Assembly: GCF_963921235.1 (NCBI RefSeq)
Contig: NC_086109.1
Location: forward strand, 22,632,001-22,696,000
Origin: Mobula hypostoma
Taxonomy: Eukaryota
Reading direction: 5' to 3'
DNA length: 64,000 nucleotides
Shown: positions 50,409 to 62,167 of the stretch, in pieces
Numbering within the stretch: position 1 is the stretch's first letter
How the letters are laid out: every line of letters starts with the position of its first letter
Made by a program: the position numbers and the translations under genes
The notes under the pieces: model-generated
What the model saw: only the letters and a program-made list of their open reading frames with translations
What the model was told of the DNA's origin: nothing
The model's database searches: none

Positions 50409-51717
50409 TGTAACACACACACACAATGCTGGAAGAACTCAGCAGGCCAGGCAGCATCTATGGAAAAGAATACAGCCAACGTTTCAGGTCGAGACCTTCA
50501 TCAGGTTTGAAGAAGAAAAAAGACGACGTATCAGAGTAAGAAGGTGGGGGAGTGGGAGGAAGAAACACGTAGTGACAGTGAAACGGGGGGTGGGGAGGAG
50601 GCGTGAACTAAAGAGCTGGGAAGTTGTTTGGTGAAAGAGATATAGGGCTGGAGATGGGGGAATCTGATAGGAGAGGACAGAAGGCCATGGAAGAAAGAAA
50701 AGGATGCGGGGAGAACCAGAGAGGGGTGACGGGCAGTCAGGAGATAAGCTGACACAGGGAAATGGGAATGGGGAATGGTGAAGGGGAGTGACATTACCGG
50801 AAGTTCAAGAAATTGATGTTCATGCCATCAGGTTGGAGGCTACCCAGACAGAATGTGAGGTGTTGCTCCTCCAACTTGAGTGTGGCTTTATTGCGACAGT
50901 AGAGGAGGCCATGGACTAACATTTTGGAATAGGAACGGGAAGTGGAATTAAAATGGGTGGCCACTGGGAGTTCCCGCTTTTTCTGGTAGACAGAGCATGC
51001 GGTGCTCTCCCAATCTATGTCGGGTCTCACCGATAAACAGGGGGCCACACCAGGAGTACCAGATACAGCAGATGACCTCAACAGATTCACAGGCGAAGTT
51101 TCGCCTCATCTGGAAGGACTGTTTGGGGGCCTGAATGGTAGTGAGGGAGGAGGTGTAGGGGCAGATGTGACACTTGTTCCATATGCAAGGGTAAGTGCCA
51201 GGAGGGAGATCACTGGGGAGGAATGAATGGACAAGGGGGTCATGAAGGGAGCAATCCCTGTGGAAAGCAGAAAGTGAGGAGGATGGAAAGACATGCTTGG
51301 TGGTGGGATCCCTTTGGAGATGGCAGAAGGTACGGAGAATTACGTGCTGGACATGGAGGCTGGTGGGGTGGACACTTCCTATTCCCATATGGACTTGTCA
51401 GTCCATGGCCTCCTCCACTGTTGCAATGAGACTACACCATATATTCCGTCTGGGTAGCCTCCAATCTGATGGCAAGAACATTCTCCACCCCACCCCCCTG
51501 GTTTTACCTATCACCTTGTGTTTTATGTTTCTTCCTCCCTTTCCATCCCCCCACCTTCTTACTCTGACTCCTCATCCTTTTTTCTCCAGTCCTGATGAAG
51601 GGTCTCAGCCTGAAACGTCGACTGTACTCTTTTCCATAGATGCTGCCTGACCTGCAGAGTTCCTCCAGCACTGTGTGTGTTGCCTGGATTTCCAGCATCT
51701 GCAGATTTTCTCATGTT
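50409..51717. mobile_element. Penelope-like element with inverted arms (minus-strand GIY-YIG body, plus-strand 3' end)
   Basis: ORF 50948..51388 contains CIWNKCHIC…CGPLFIGETRHRLGEH. pLTRs at both ends in opposite orientation; flanking duplication ctcctgg(g/a)caa at 50398-50408 and 51720-51730. Confidence 0.9.
51587..51624 (+). ncRNA. Minimal type-I hammerhead ribozyme motif in Penelope pLTR
   Basis: CAGUC-CUGAUGA-AGG(gucucag)CCU-GAAAC-GUC-GACUG: 5-bp stem I, intact core, palindromic ACGU in place of stem III. Confidence 0.8.
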
Positions 51718-51734
51718 TGCTCCTGGACAACAAA

Positions 51735-52235
51735 TGTTGTGACTCTAATGCCTCCTACCAAAGCGTGCCAGCTTTCATTTGCCTGTATTGGAGTTCGTTG
51801 GCCAGTTTTACAACTAATCTCCTGGAAGTACTGGCCCTGTGGGGCGTGGCTTATTCTGCTCATTGAAAGCTGCTTCTGTCGTGATTGGTCAGGTTAGGAA
51901 CTGCAGCTGCTTTTCCAATTGGTTAGCCATCTGATGTCCAGTTTCAAATATCTCAGGCATAAATGAGCATGTGGAAGAGGTTTGCGCTCTCTTCCTTTGT
52001 TTAAGGCAATTGGTGCACATGGCCATTGGGAAGGTATGCTCTGCGTGCGCTTTTAGCAAAGTATGATTGTTGAATATATGTTTGTTGAATATTCAACTTT
52101 GTAGTTTCTGTAACTTGGGGAACATGAATGCTTGGTTGAATGTTTACTGTTTGTAAATAAATTATTAATATACTTATTCACAGCCAGTGTTTTCTGTCTC
52201 ATTCACCAGACCCGTGAACCTGATTCAATGTTGCA
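51735..52235 (+). mobile_element. Probable solo LTR
   Basis: Starts TGTTGTG and ends TTGCA; contains a GC box (ggggcgtggc), ATTGG boxes, TATA-like cataaat and AATAAA in LTR order. No clear TSD. Confidence 0.5.
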
Positions 52236-52540
52236 GTACTCTGTGGTTTTGATTAAGCAGTTCTTTTCCTCCCACAAAATGCTGCTTGACCTGCTGATTT
52301 CTTTTAGCAGATTATGTGTTGGGGCAGATTCCAACATCTTGTGTCTTCACTTTACAGCAAATCTACTAGATCAGTAAAGTTTTCTCACAGTTTCTTGTCC
52401 AGAGTTTCTGATCAGAAGGAAAATGAATTACAATTTACATTGCTCTTTGGTAAAGATGTTTATCACTTCCTTTGATGGACTTGATCTAGTTGGCATGTGT
52501 ATGCCCATGGCAGCTAATTTTATAACACTATTGCATTTTT

Positions 52541-52906
52541 GGGGTGGCGGAGTGGAGACACGTCTCTATCAAAGGAGGTGTAAGGTGCTTCTTCCCTCCG
52601 CTATCCTGCAGGTCACCCTTGGGCAAGGTGTATCACCTACTTAGCCTGTACCCCCATCGATCATGTGAGGCCATGGGAGCAGATGGTGGATGGTTGTATG
52701 AGCAGCTGGTGCATATCACAAGTCCTGGTTATGTGACCACAGATGCCAGGCTGACAGTCTCTGAAGAGTATTGATAATGTGTGAGGTCTCCCGTCTTGTA
52801 AAGACACTGCCCAGAGGAAGGCGATGACAAGCCACTTCTGTAGAACAACTATGGTCATGAAAAGACCACAATCGTTCCATTAAATGATATGGCACATAAC
52901 AAATGA
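52541..52906 (+). mobile_element. Non-autonomous RTE-related element (family C)
   Basis: 11-bp TSD attgc(a/c)ttttt (52530-52540 and 52907-52917); homologous to 46134-46510. Confidence 0.8.
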
Positions 52907-53469
52907 ATTGCCTTTTTAGATCTTGGGCAAAAAACAAATTGCTGGAGGACCACATCAGGTCAATCAGCATCTGTGGAGGCAAATGGATGGTCAATGTTGT
53001 AGTGTAGCAGGACAGGAATCTAGTGGAAGGAACCAAGGCTGGAGGTGCCTTAAGCAAATAATGGGCAGAAAAAGATTTGCAACACTTATAATGTAATCCA
53101 CAATGGAGAGGCAAGGAAAAAACCTACAAGGCCAAAAAAGAGAAAAACTAAGCGTTGGAAAATTTCTCTGCGACAGCCCTCAGTTAATCAGGACCATTCC
53201 TGGAGATTTCAAAGACAGAGAATTTCACCTTTAATGCAATGTGATTGTCCACCTCAATGAGGAAAAATCCACTGCTTCTCGAAGTCAATATGGAAAGTCA
53301 ACACAACGTATCACGACCCTTTGGAAGTCCTTCAAATGAAATGTTACACCAATGTTCTGTTTAACAACATGTTAATCTCGATAGGGCAAAAGAGCTGTCC
53401 CGGTCAAACTTTGACCCCTAGCTAAATCATTCTAAACAAGTTAACAAATAAGTCAACACACATGTGGGA

Positions 53470-53945
53470 GTCACGCAGTCACAGTGCACTATAGCACAGA
53501 AACAGATCCTTCGGCCTACCTACTCCACGCCAAACTGTTATTCTGCCTAGTCCCATCAACCTGCACCTGGACCATCGCCCTCCATAGCCTTCCCATCCAT
53601 GTACTTATCCAAACTTCTCTTTAACGATGCAGTCGAATCCACATCCATCACTTTCACTGATAGCTCATTCTGCACGCGCACAATCCTCGAAGTGAAGAAG
53701 TTCCCCTCAGGTTCCCCTTAAATATTGTATCTTTCACCCTTAACCTATGACCCCTAGTTCTAGTCGTCCCCAACCTCAGTGGTAAAGGTCTACTTGCCTT
53801 TACCCTATTTATACCCTCATAATTTTGAAATCCTTGATCAAATCTCCCTACATACTCCAACATTCCAATGTATAAAGTCCTAAACTTTCCCCGTAACTCA
53901 AGTCCTCAATATCTGTGTAAATTTTCTCTATATTCCTTCAATCTT
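53470..53945 (-). mobile_element. CR1 3' fragment
   Basis: ORF 53654..53863 contains TRTRGHRLRVK; CR1 3' end in reverse. Confidence 0.8.
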
Positions 53946-54143
53946 TGACTATGGTACAACAAGTGTCATGCTTCAAAGGAGTCCTGAATGACTGCAGGAT
54001 GTTTCTGAGTGATACAATAATGTAACGTCTTAATAACCACTTTATTTATGCTGAATCACTTCCCTCAATAGCTACCAGCAATGTAGAACAAGTATTCCCT
54101 TGAAATATTTAATGACCTAATTTAATTTATTTGCAGCAACATA

Positions 54144-54569
54144 CTCTCCAAAAGGAGCACAACCTTGCTGTGGTTTGGAGGTCTGCATGCCTGAATGACC
54201 CGGGGAACTAGTTGGCTGGAGTCAGGGCTTTCTGCTTTGGCTCTTGGTAGGGTGACCCATGACAAATAGGTCAAAGGGTAGAGGTCAGACTAAGAGTGGT
54301 CCACCGGTCCTCCAGGTTCAGGGGTTCAGCTCAGGGTTAACAACCCTGACTGATAAAGCAAAATCGTTACGGAAATGGCAATGAAGAATCCTCCTATATC
54401 TGAGTGTGACAATATTCCTGAGTTTTCACCCAGGAGTTGCATGACTGACAGTACTGAAAACCAAGAAGAAGCTACTGACACGATGAGGGAAGCCCTGCAC
54501 ACCACCAGAGATGGAGGACCTTCATTGCTGCCCTAAACACCAGTGGCGTAACAGGCAATAAGTAGGTAC
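54144..54569 (+). mobile_element. Non-autonomous bipartite RTE-clade element (family A)
   Basis: RTE-like 5' UTR (aaccttgctgtggtttggagg…ggtagggtgacccatgacaaataggtc) fused to a 3' end encoding RWRTFIAALNTSGVTGNK*; caacata flanking duplication. Confidence 0.8.
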
Positions 54570-55554
54570 CAACATATCCACTGCGCATTGCAGCTTCTTT
54601 CTAAATGTTCTGATTATTGATATCTGCTCATTTTTAGCTAATAATCAAACATATTCCAAGGTTTATCTGACCTTGGTTGAAGTGCCAATGAAATTATGAA
54701 GCTGGTTGACAATACTGAGTGTTTGTTACCCTGGCGACCCCAAAGCAAGGCCACGGAACGATCAGAATCATAATTACAAAAGGAAGACTGATTTTAATCT
54801 TCAAAATGTAAAAGGGCAAAGGGTTGAAACTTGTCATTTCAGAAATTTAACAATATAACGTTAAAGGAAACGTGATGGCAACATTCTAAAATTGCAGCAG
54901 TTTGAAGCCGTATTGACCTATTAAGGGCTGAGAGCAGTCTCACTTCCTTCAATTATTGGAGTAGTTAAGCATTGTTCTTTTTCAAATTTCCAGTAAAACT
55001 CCCGTAGGTCAGCATCCAATTGTTCAGAGAACCTGATGGCTCTGGCTCACCCAAAAATCTAGAATGAGAGCTGGGAGCCCAGAGCGACAATGAGATCGAA
55101 GTCTGAACTCTCAGCTAAGTACATGACCCAGAGCCAGGGTTGGGGTCTGGAATATCAGGGCTCGGGTGCATGGATATACGAGTGTGTGTCTTTGAAGTTG
55201 AGCTTGGGAGTATTTCCTATTCCCTTTAAACTCATAGGAAAACTTGTTGTACTATTATGTAACATTTTAAATAAATGAAATAAAATTGTCTTTAGTTATT
55301 AATAGGAGTAACATCCAATGGTCTAGAGTGTCTGCTACTGCAGTACTATCAAAGTCCCAAGAGTGCTGGATTATCAGAGCTTTACTATAATAGTGTCTGA
55401 CACAATAGAGGATTTAGTTTATTCTTACATAATTTCAGTAAGCATAGTGACTGTAACTCTTGAGTATAATGCCCTCAGACTTCTGCCCGTGTTTAAAAGG
55501 ATCTGTTTCCTCATTTCCCTCTTTGAGAAGATCTGTCTGAGTGATAGAACGTAG

Positions 55555-55990
55555 AGAAAACATGGAACAGTACAGCACAGGAACAAGCCCCTCAGCCCAT
55601 GATGTTAATGCTGATAATTAAGCTAACGTAAACCAATCTCATCCCCCTCAATAGGGTGCATATCCCCTCCACTCTCTGCCTGTTCATGTGCCTATCTAAA
55701 TCCCTCTTAAATATTGACATCGTATCTGCTTCCACCACTTCCTCTGGCAGCATGTTCCAGTCAACTACTGCTCTCAGTGTGAAACACTTCCTGATAAATC
55801 TCCTCTAAACAGTCCCCGTCGCATCGTAAAGCCAAGTCGTCCAATATTTGACATTTCACCCTGGGAGCCAGACTTGGACGATCCACCCTGTCTAAGCTTT
55901 ACTTTACGTACTACCAGGTCACCCCTTAGACTGCACTGCTCCACAGAAAGCAATCTGGGTCTGTCTAACCTCTCATGATCATTCAATCCA
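55555..55990 (-). mobile_element. Old CR1 3' fragment
   Basis: LLSVEQCSLRGDL in ORF 55774..56055; reverse CR1 tail. Confidence 0.7.
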
Positions 55991-56369
55991 CACCTTTCTT
56001 TTCCCACCAGGGTTAGGCTGCCTGACTTGAAACCAGGAGTTTTTGAAACATACAAGTCTGTCCTGTTTACTTTGCCACACCACTGATGTCTCTGGTTTCT
56101 CTTGGCCAGGCCGCAAGCTCTGGAATTCTAAAATTAAAACTCGCTCTTCACTTCTAAAAACAACTTGAACTTATGCAATGTCAATAAACTTAATACAAGA
56201 TCCTAATGCATTCAAGGAAGTGTAGCAAAAAGAATTTGAACCAGGTCATACAAGAAGAGATGTAGACCTAATGAATAACTTGATTGAAGTTAAGTTTCTA
56301 AGAACCAAGTTGCAGAAGAGAAATAGAAAGGACTTAAGGAAGGGGTCGTAGCTGAGGAACCGAATTGCA

Positions 56370-56900
56370 TTGTATATATATATGCAGTTCCCAGGAGCCT
56401 GAGTTGGACGTGGAGGCAGTTTGATGTTGCAGAACCGAGGCAGCAGGCTCATCGCTGAGAACGAGGAAGACCTGAGTTTTGATTGATTTAAGTGCCATGC
56501 TGGATTGGAAAGAGCGGGCACAAGCCAAACTGAGGCAGCAGAGTCCAGGTTCCAGATCGTAGCGAACCGATTGAACCCGATGTTTGGATTTAGGCACCAG
56601 GCCTGATTAAAAAGGTCAGGGTGTTGGGGCTGGAGGTGATGGATTGGTCAGTTCAGCTCGATGCTCCATGATGTTTATTCAGCCCTGCACTGAACTATGG
56701 GCCTCGGACTCTTTTTGTGGACTTCAGTTCGGAACACGACTTGCTTGCATGGTTTGTTTTTTTTTTCTCTGCACATTCAACGGTTTCCTTTTTTTTTAAT
56801 GGGTTCTTTTGGGCTTCTTTGTTTCGTGGCAACCTGTAAGGAGACAAATCTTAATCTCACATACTTTGATAATAAATACACTTTGAACTTTGACCTTTGA
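56370..56900 (+). mobile_element. Rex1/Babar-related non-coding element
   Basis: Ends catactttgataataaatacactttgaactttgacctttga. Confidence 0.55.
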
Positions 56901-57039
56901 GTTATGGAAAGAAGTAAAAACTATCTTCCATTCAGAACTTGTATCTGCGTGAGTGGACGTTACTTTTCTCAACTGAGCCAGCAATTGTTTGTCTCTTTAT
57001 TTGTTCCAATGAGTTGTCTCCACATACTGTACGTCAAAG

Positions 57040-57610
57040 ACCTGGCCTTTCCAAGCTGAAGCACAGTTTAAAAGTCAATAAGTTGTGCTAAAACTGTATG
57101 AAACAATATTTCAGTCCAAGGCAGAGTAATGTACTCATCTCTAGTCAGTGACCTTTAAAAAGGATGTGAAGGCCTTCAGGAGATTTGGTGGAATGGTTTC
57201 AGTGATAAGAGATGAAAATCAACTGGAAAGTGATGGGTTGTTCTCAGAGCATACTGACTGGAGTTTTTTTTTAATAGAGATGTTTAAAATATTGAAAGGC
57301 AAATGGCATAAATAATGAAAAACTTCTTCCATTAGCTGAAATGTTGATCTAAGATTTAAAGAGAATAGAGAAGGAATTATAGGCAATGTGAGGAAAAACC
57401 TGTTTACATAGCTTGGGATTCAATATTGAGATGTTCCGCTTGACAGGATGGTGAAAGTAGATTCAGCTGTGACATTCAAAAGGAGTCTGGACTAATACAG
57501 AACATGAAAAATACTGTTGTGATATTGGGAAAGAGTGAGGTAAATAAGACCAACAAAACTAAGAAGCTGGCAGGATGGCCTCTGACTTTACTGAATCTCG
57601 TGATTCTATA
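57040..57610 (+). mobile_element. Highly decayed CR1 3' region
   Basis: Degenerate LKLY…, IEMFKILKG and gtgaggaaaaacctgtttaca motifs. Confidence 0.55.
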
Positions 57611-58264
57611 GTTAACGCAGAGTTTTAAAGAACACAATCTATGTGGAACAACACTGGGGTCAGGGAGACTGCAGTAAAGTTACTAGGAATATTTGTCCTG
57701 AGAACTGCAGATTTCAGAGCAAATCAGCTTTCAACTTCATCAGCTGATAACTCACAGTGAAAGGAACGCTGTTTTGCTGAACTTCTTTAGATGCCTGATA
57801 GGGAGGAATCTACCAAGTCCTATTTGGCAGAGTGCCAATTTTACATTTTATAGAAAAACTAAGTGATTATGGCAGCATATGGCTTACATATCGAAAAAGA
57901 GACAGCTGCATTTGAAATAAACTGACATCTAACAGTGACACAGGAAGCCTGAGTGCTCCCTGAACATAGGCTAAAAATGTCCTTGCAACTACACATTGTG
58001 CAGATATATTAACATAGGAATAATTGTTTTAAGTTCTGAACATCACAATTGGTGTATTTCCAAAAAACATGTACAGAGAATGTTACTTTCATGCACAGAT
58101 CTTAAGGTGTGAAATGCAACATCTAAATTGACATGGACTTGTTGGGCTCAGTAGTTTTGTTCTGTTATTTTGTTAGCTTTATATAAACTCATTAAAGATT
58201 ATGTTCAGATAATGGGAAGAGCTTCAGTCTGTGTGAGCTTGTGTGCTTGGAACAGGCAGGAGTT

Positions 58265-58945
58265 TAAGAAGAAAATCAGAAATTTCATATTATTGCCACA
58301 TGGACCGAGATACAGTGAAAATCTTTGTTTTGAATGCCATCCATACAGATCATTTTGTTACAACAGTGAATTGAGATGGTACAAGGGAAAAGGGCAACAC
58401 AGGAAGGAATTCAGAATAAAGTGTTACAGTTACAGAGAAAGTGCAGTGCAGGCAGACAATAAATTGCAAGGCCATAACAGGGTAAATTGTGAGGTCAAGA
58501 TTCCATCTTATACTAGGGTACTGTTCAAGAGTCTCAAAAGAGCAGTACAGAAGTTTTTCTTGAGCTTGTTACAGGCTTCTGTCATTTCTGCCTCCTGATA
58601 GGGAGGGGTGGGGAAATTAGAGAATGAGGGAATGCTTGGGGTGGTTGGGGTCTTTGACTATGTTGGTAGCTTTACCAAAACAAGGAAAAGTGAAGACATG
58701 AAGGGGTGGCTGGTTTCCATACTGTGCTGAGATGTGTTCACAGCACTCTGCAGTTTCTTGCAGTCTCAGGAAGGGCAGTTGCCATACCAAACCATGATAA
58801 GATGCGTTCTATGTTGCATTGATGAAAAATGAAAGAGCTCAAAGTGGACATTCCAAATCTCTTTTGTCTCATGATGGTGTAGAGGCTCTAGTACACCTTC
58901 TAGCATGTTGCCTACGTGACTAGACCAGGATAGGCTATCGGTAAA
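58265..58945 (-). mobile_element. Rex1/Babar-like LINE, split by a Gypsy element (continues at 62347-62840)
   Basis: Reading across the junction on the minus strand restores FKFLGV..TDSLSW; the 62.3-62.8 kb part has SADDS and DHRSAF (degenerate RT motifs). Confidence 0.75.
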
Positions 58946-59607
58946 TATGGTGTATTCAGTATCTCAGTTACATCTGAGTAATATTGAGAATATATTGTTT
59001 GATCAAGCATTCTTTTCTTGTTTACATAATTCATATGCCTTGAGTTTGGTTTCAGGTGTAAAAAGTTTCAACCAGTATCTGAATGAGAGAGAGTTTACCT
59101 TCCTCACTGATCATCAATCACTGGTGTCCATTTTCAATCTACAGAATGCTGTTCCACTTACAACAGCAGCACCAATGCAGAGATGGGCTCTGTTTCTTGG
59201 AGGACACAATTACAAGATCATGTTCATGGGGACAATCATGGAAATGGAGATGGATTTCCCCAAAACCATTGGAAAAGGAGATACCTGAACATTTACTCAG
59301 GAGGACACAGCTCTTGATGAATTCTCCCTAACGCAGATCAAAAGTCTCCCGTTTACAGCAGAGATGACCAAAAGGGAAACCTGAGAAGGCCCCACACTGT
59401 CTCAGGTCTACATGGCAACTCAAAGTGGCTAGAATGTGTAGCGGAAATTCCAGATCCCCCGTTTTTACCAGTGCCAATATAACCTTGTCCTTGGTGGGGG
59501 TTTGCCTTATGTGAGGATTGTTGTACCATTCAAGCTGAGAGCTGAACTGTAGGAGGATTTACATGTTGATCATCTAGGCATGTTCAAAATGAATGTATTG
59601 GCTCAAA

Positions 59608-59792
59608 CAGCGTCTCTAGGAAGAGGTACAGTCGACGTTTCGGGCCGAGACCCTTCGTCAGGACTCCTGACGAAGGGTCTCGGCCCGAAACATCCACTGT
59701 ACCTCTTCCTAGAGATGCTGCCTGGACTGCCGCCTTCACCAGCAACTTTGATGTGTGTTGCTTGAATTTCCAGCATCTGCAGAATTCCTCGT
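59608..59792. mobile_element. Palindromic Penelope pLTR-only insertion with hammerhead motif
   Basis: 56-bp inverted arms at 59608-59663 and 59665-59720 (3 mismatches, 1-nt spacer); flanking duplication a(t/c)t(g/a)gctcaaa. Confidence 0.9.
59630..59665 (-). ncRNA. Minimal hammerhead ribozyme motif (intact core)
   Basis: Minus strand reads AGUC-CUGACGA-A-GGG(ucucgg)CCC-GAAAC-GUC-GACU. Confidence 0.75.
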
Positions 59793-60168
59793 ACTAGCTC
59801 AAAACTTTGATGAGTGGCCTGGGATAGATCAGCAGTTTGAGGAGCTTGTCATGTACTGCTTGGGATGTCAGCACACCCAGAAGATGCCACAAGCAGAGCC
59901 TCTCCATCCCTCGGAATTACCTGCATTGCCCTGGCAGGGGAGATTGCCAGGTCATTCGTGGGCATAAATTTCTTGGTAGTAATGGATGCAGTTACAACTG
60001 GCCAGAGGTGTTCACAACAACCTCCACTATAGCCTCACACACTGTTGATGTGTTGAGAAGCCTCTTCTCATGGACTGTTGTTCAAGAACACTTAGTCAGT
60101 GACAATGGACCACAGTTTGTTGAGGAACAGTTTCAGTCATTCCTGAAGATGAATGGAATAAGACATAT

Positions 60169-60477
60169 TGTGGTTGGAGTCACCCCAACCACAATCTATT
60201 CCAGCTGCTACCATCCAGGAAATGGTACCGCAGCATAAAAGCCAGGACCAACAGGCTCCGGGACAGCTTCTTCCACCAGACCATCAGACTAATTAACTCA
60301 CGCTGATTTGAGTATGTTTCTATTTTACATTGACTGTTCTATTTATTATAAATTATTATAGATTACTATGATTGCACATTGCACATTTAGACAGAGACGT
60401 AACGTAAAGATTTTTACTCCTTATGTATGTGAAGGATAATAAAGTCAATTCAATTCAATTCATTCATTCATTCAATT
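60169..60477 (+). mobile_element. Rex1/Babar-like 3' fragment inserted in the Gypsy integrase
   Basis: HNLFQLLPS-KWYRSIKARTNRLRDSFF-like segment, (CAATT/CATT)n tail and catat duplication. Confidence 0.8.
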
Positions 60478-61221
60478 CATATGACATCTGCACCATACCA
60501 CCCAACTACAAAAGGCTTGGTGGAAAGGTTTGTCCAGAATCTAAAGAATGCACTGTGAGCAATGTCAGCACTAACACTCAACCAGAGGCTCACCAGTTTC
60601 CTCGTTGCATATCGCAATGTGGCGCACCCCCAAACCAACAACTCACCAGCTATGCTGTTCCTGGGTAGTCCTTTCCACTCACACTTGGATCTCCTCAAAC
60701 CCAGTCTCAGGAGGGGTATGCAGGACAAACAACTGAGGCAGATTGAGGGGTCCTCGAACAAGAGGGTTTGATCTTTCTGTCCTGGACAGGAGGTCCTTAC
60801 GAGAACCTGCAGAGGTGATCAAAAGTGGGTAGCTGGAAAGACTAAGGACAGAATTGGACACAGTGGAGATTGCGTCTGATGTCATGTGGAGACAACACTT
60901 CGATCAGTTGAGGAGAGCAGAGTCAATTGTTAGAGAAGAAAGGTGTCCAGAGCTGTCAGAACCAATTCCTTCAGTCCCAGAGTCAACTCCTACAACCTTC
61001 ATGGAGGAGGCCCCAGAACCTGAGATTGTTTCACAGCCACAAGTCTCACCTGCGAAGCAGAGTGACCTCCATCCCTTGCAGGAAAGGCATTATCCCACAA
61101 GGGTAGGAAATCCTCCGCGGCAATTAAACCTTTAGACAATTTAAAATTTACTATGCTGTGGATGTCTATATAGTAGCTGTATTGTATGGTATTCTGTTAG
61201 CTTTCTGTGTGTGTATATACT

Positions 61222-61375
61222 GTCTCTATCTATCTCTATCTCTCTATCTCTATCTCTATCTATCTATCTATCTATCTCTATCTCTATCTATCTATCTATC
61301 TATATCTATCTCTCTATCTATCTCTATCTCTATCTCTCTATCTATCTCTATCTCTATCTCTATCTACCTATCTAT
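61222..61375. repeat. Compound (TCTA)n/(TC)n microsatellite
   Basis: Direct reading. Confidence 0.95.
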
Positions 61376-61680
61376 ACACACACACATATATATGGTTAAT
61401 TGGTCATTGTAAATTGTCCCATGATTAGGCTAGGATTAAATTGGGGGATTGCTGGGAAGTGCAGCTCGAAGGGCCGGAAGGACTTATTCTGCGCTGTATC
61501 TCAAATAAATAATATTTATACTGTATATATAATGACTAGAGAGCAATACGTTACATATTTAAGTTGAGATGCATTCTGTATTGAGCTGGAGTTGATAGCT
61601 AAGCTGGGAGGAGTGTTGTGTATTCAATATCTCAGTAATATTTTCGTAATACTGTAAAGATACTGTTTGATTAAGCATTC

Positions 61681-62167
61681 AATCACAATCACAAGACAAA
61701 GGAGCAGAAGTAGGCCATTCGGCCCATCGAGTCTGCTCTGCAGCTCCCCCATGAGCTAAACTATTCACCCATCTAGTTCCAATGTCCGGCTTTTTCCCCA
61801 TATCCCTTGATACCCTGACTAATAAGATACCTGTCAATCTCCTCCTTAAACACCCTCAATGATCGGGCCTCCACAGCCATATGTGGCAACGAATTCCACA
61901 AATCCACGACCCTCTGGCTAAAAAAATTTCTCCTCATCTCTGTTTTAACTGGGTACCCTCTAATTCTAAGACTATGGCCTCTTGTCCTGGACTCACCCAC
62001 CAAGAGAAACAACCTTTCCACATCTACTCTGTCCAACCCTTTCAACATTCGAAATGTTTCTATGAGATCCCCTCTCATTCTTCTATACTCTAATGAATAC
62101 AATCCAAGAGCCGACAGACGCTCCTCATATGTTAGCCCCTGCATTCCAGGAATCATCCTCGTAAATC
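61681..62167 (-). mobile_element. Young CR1 3' fragment inserted in the Gypsy 3' LTR
   Basis: Intact ORF 61773..62156 (RRMRGDLIETF…DLWNSLP) and (TTGTGA)n tail. Confidence 0.93.

Noticed and set aside
61158..61428. Low-complexity Ser/Ile/Leu/Tyr ORFs
   Set aside because: These are translations of the (TCTA)n/(TC)n microsatellite.
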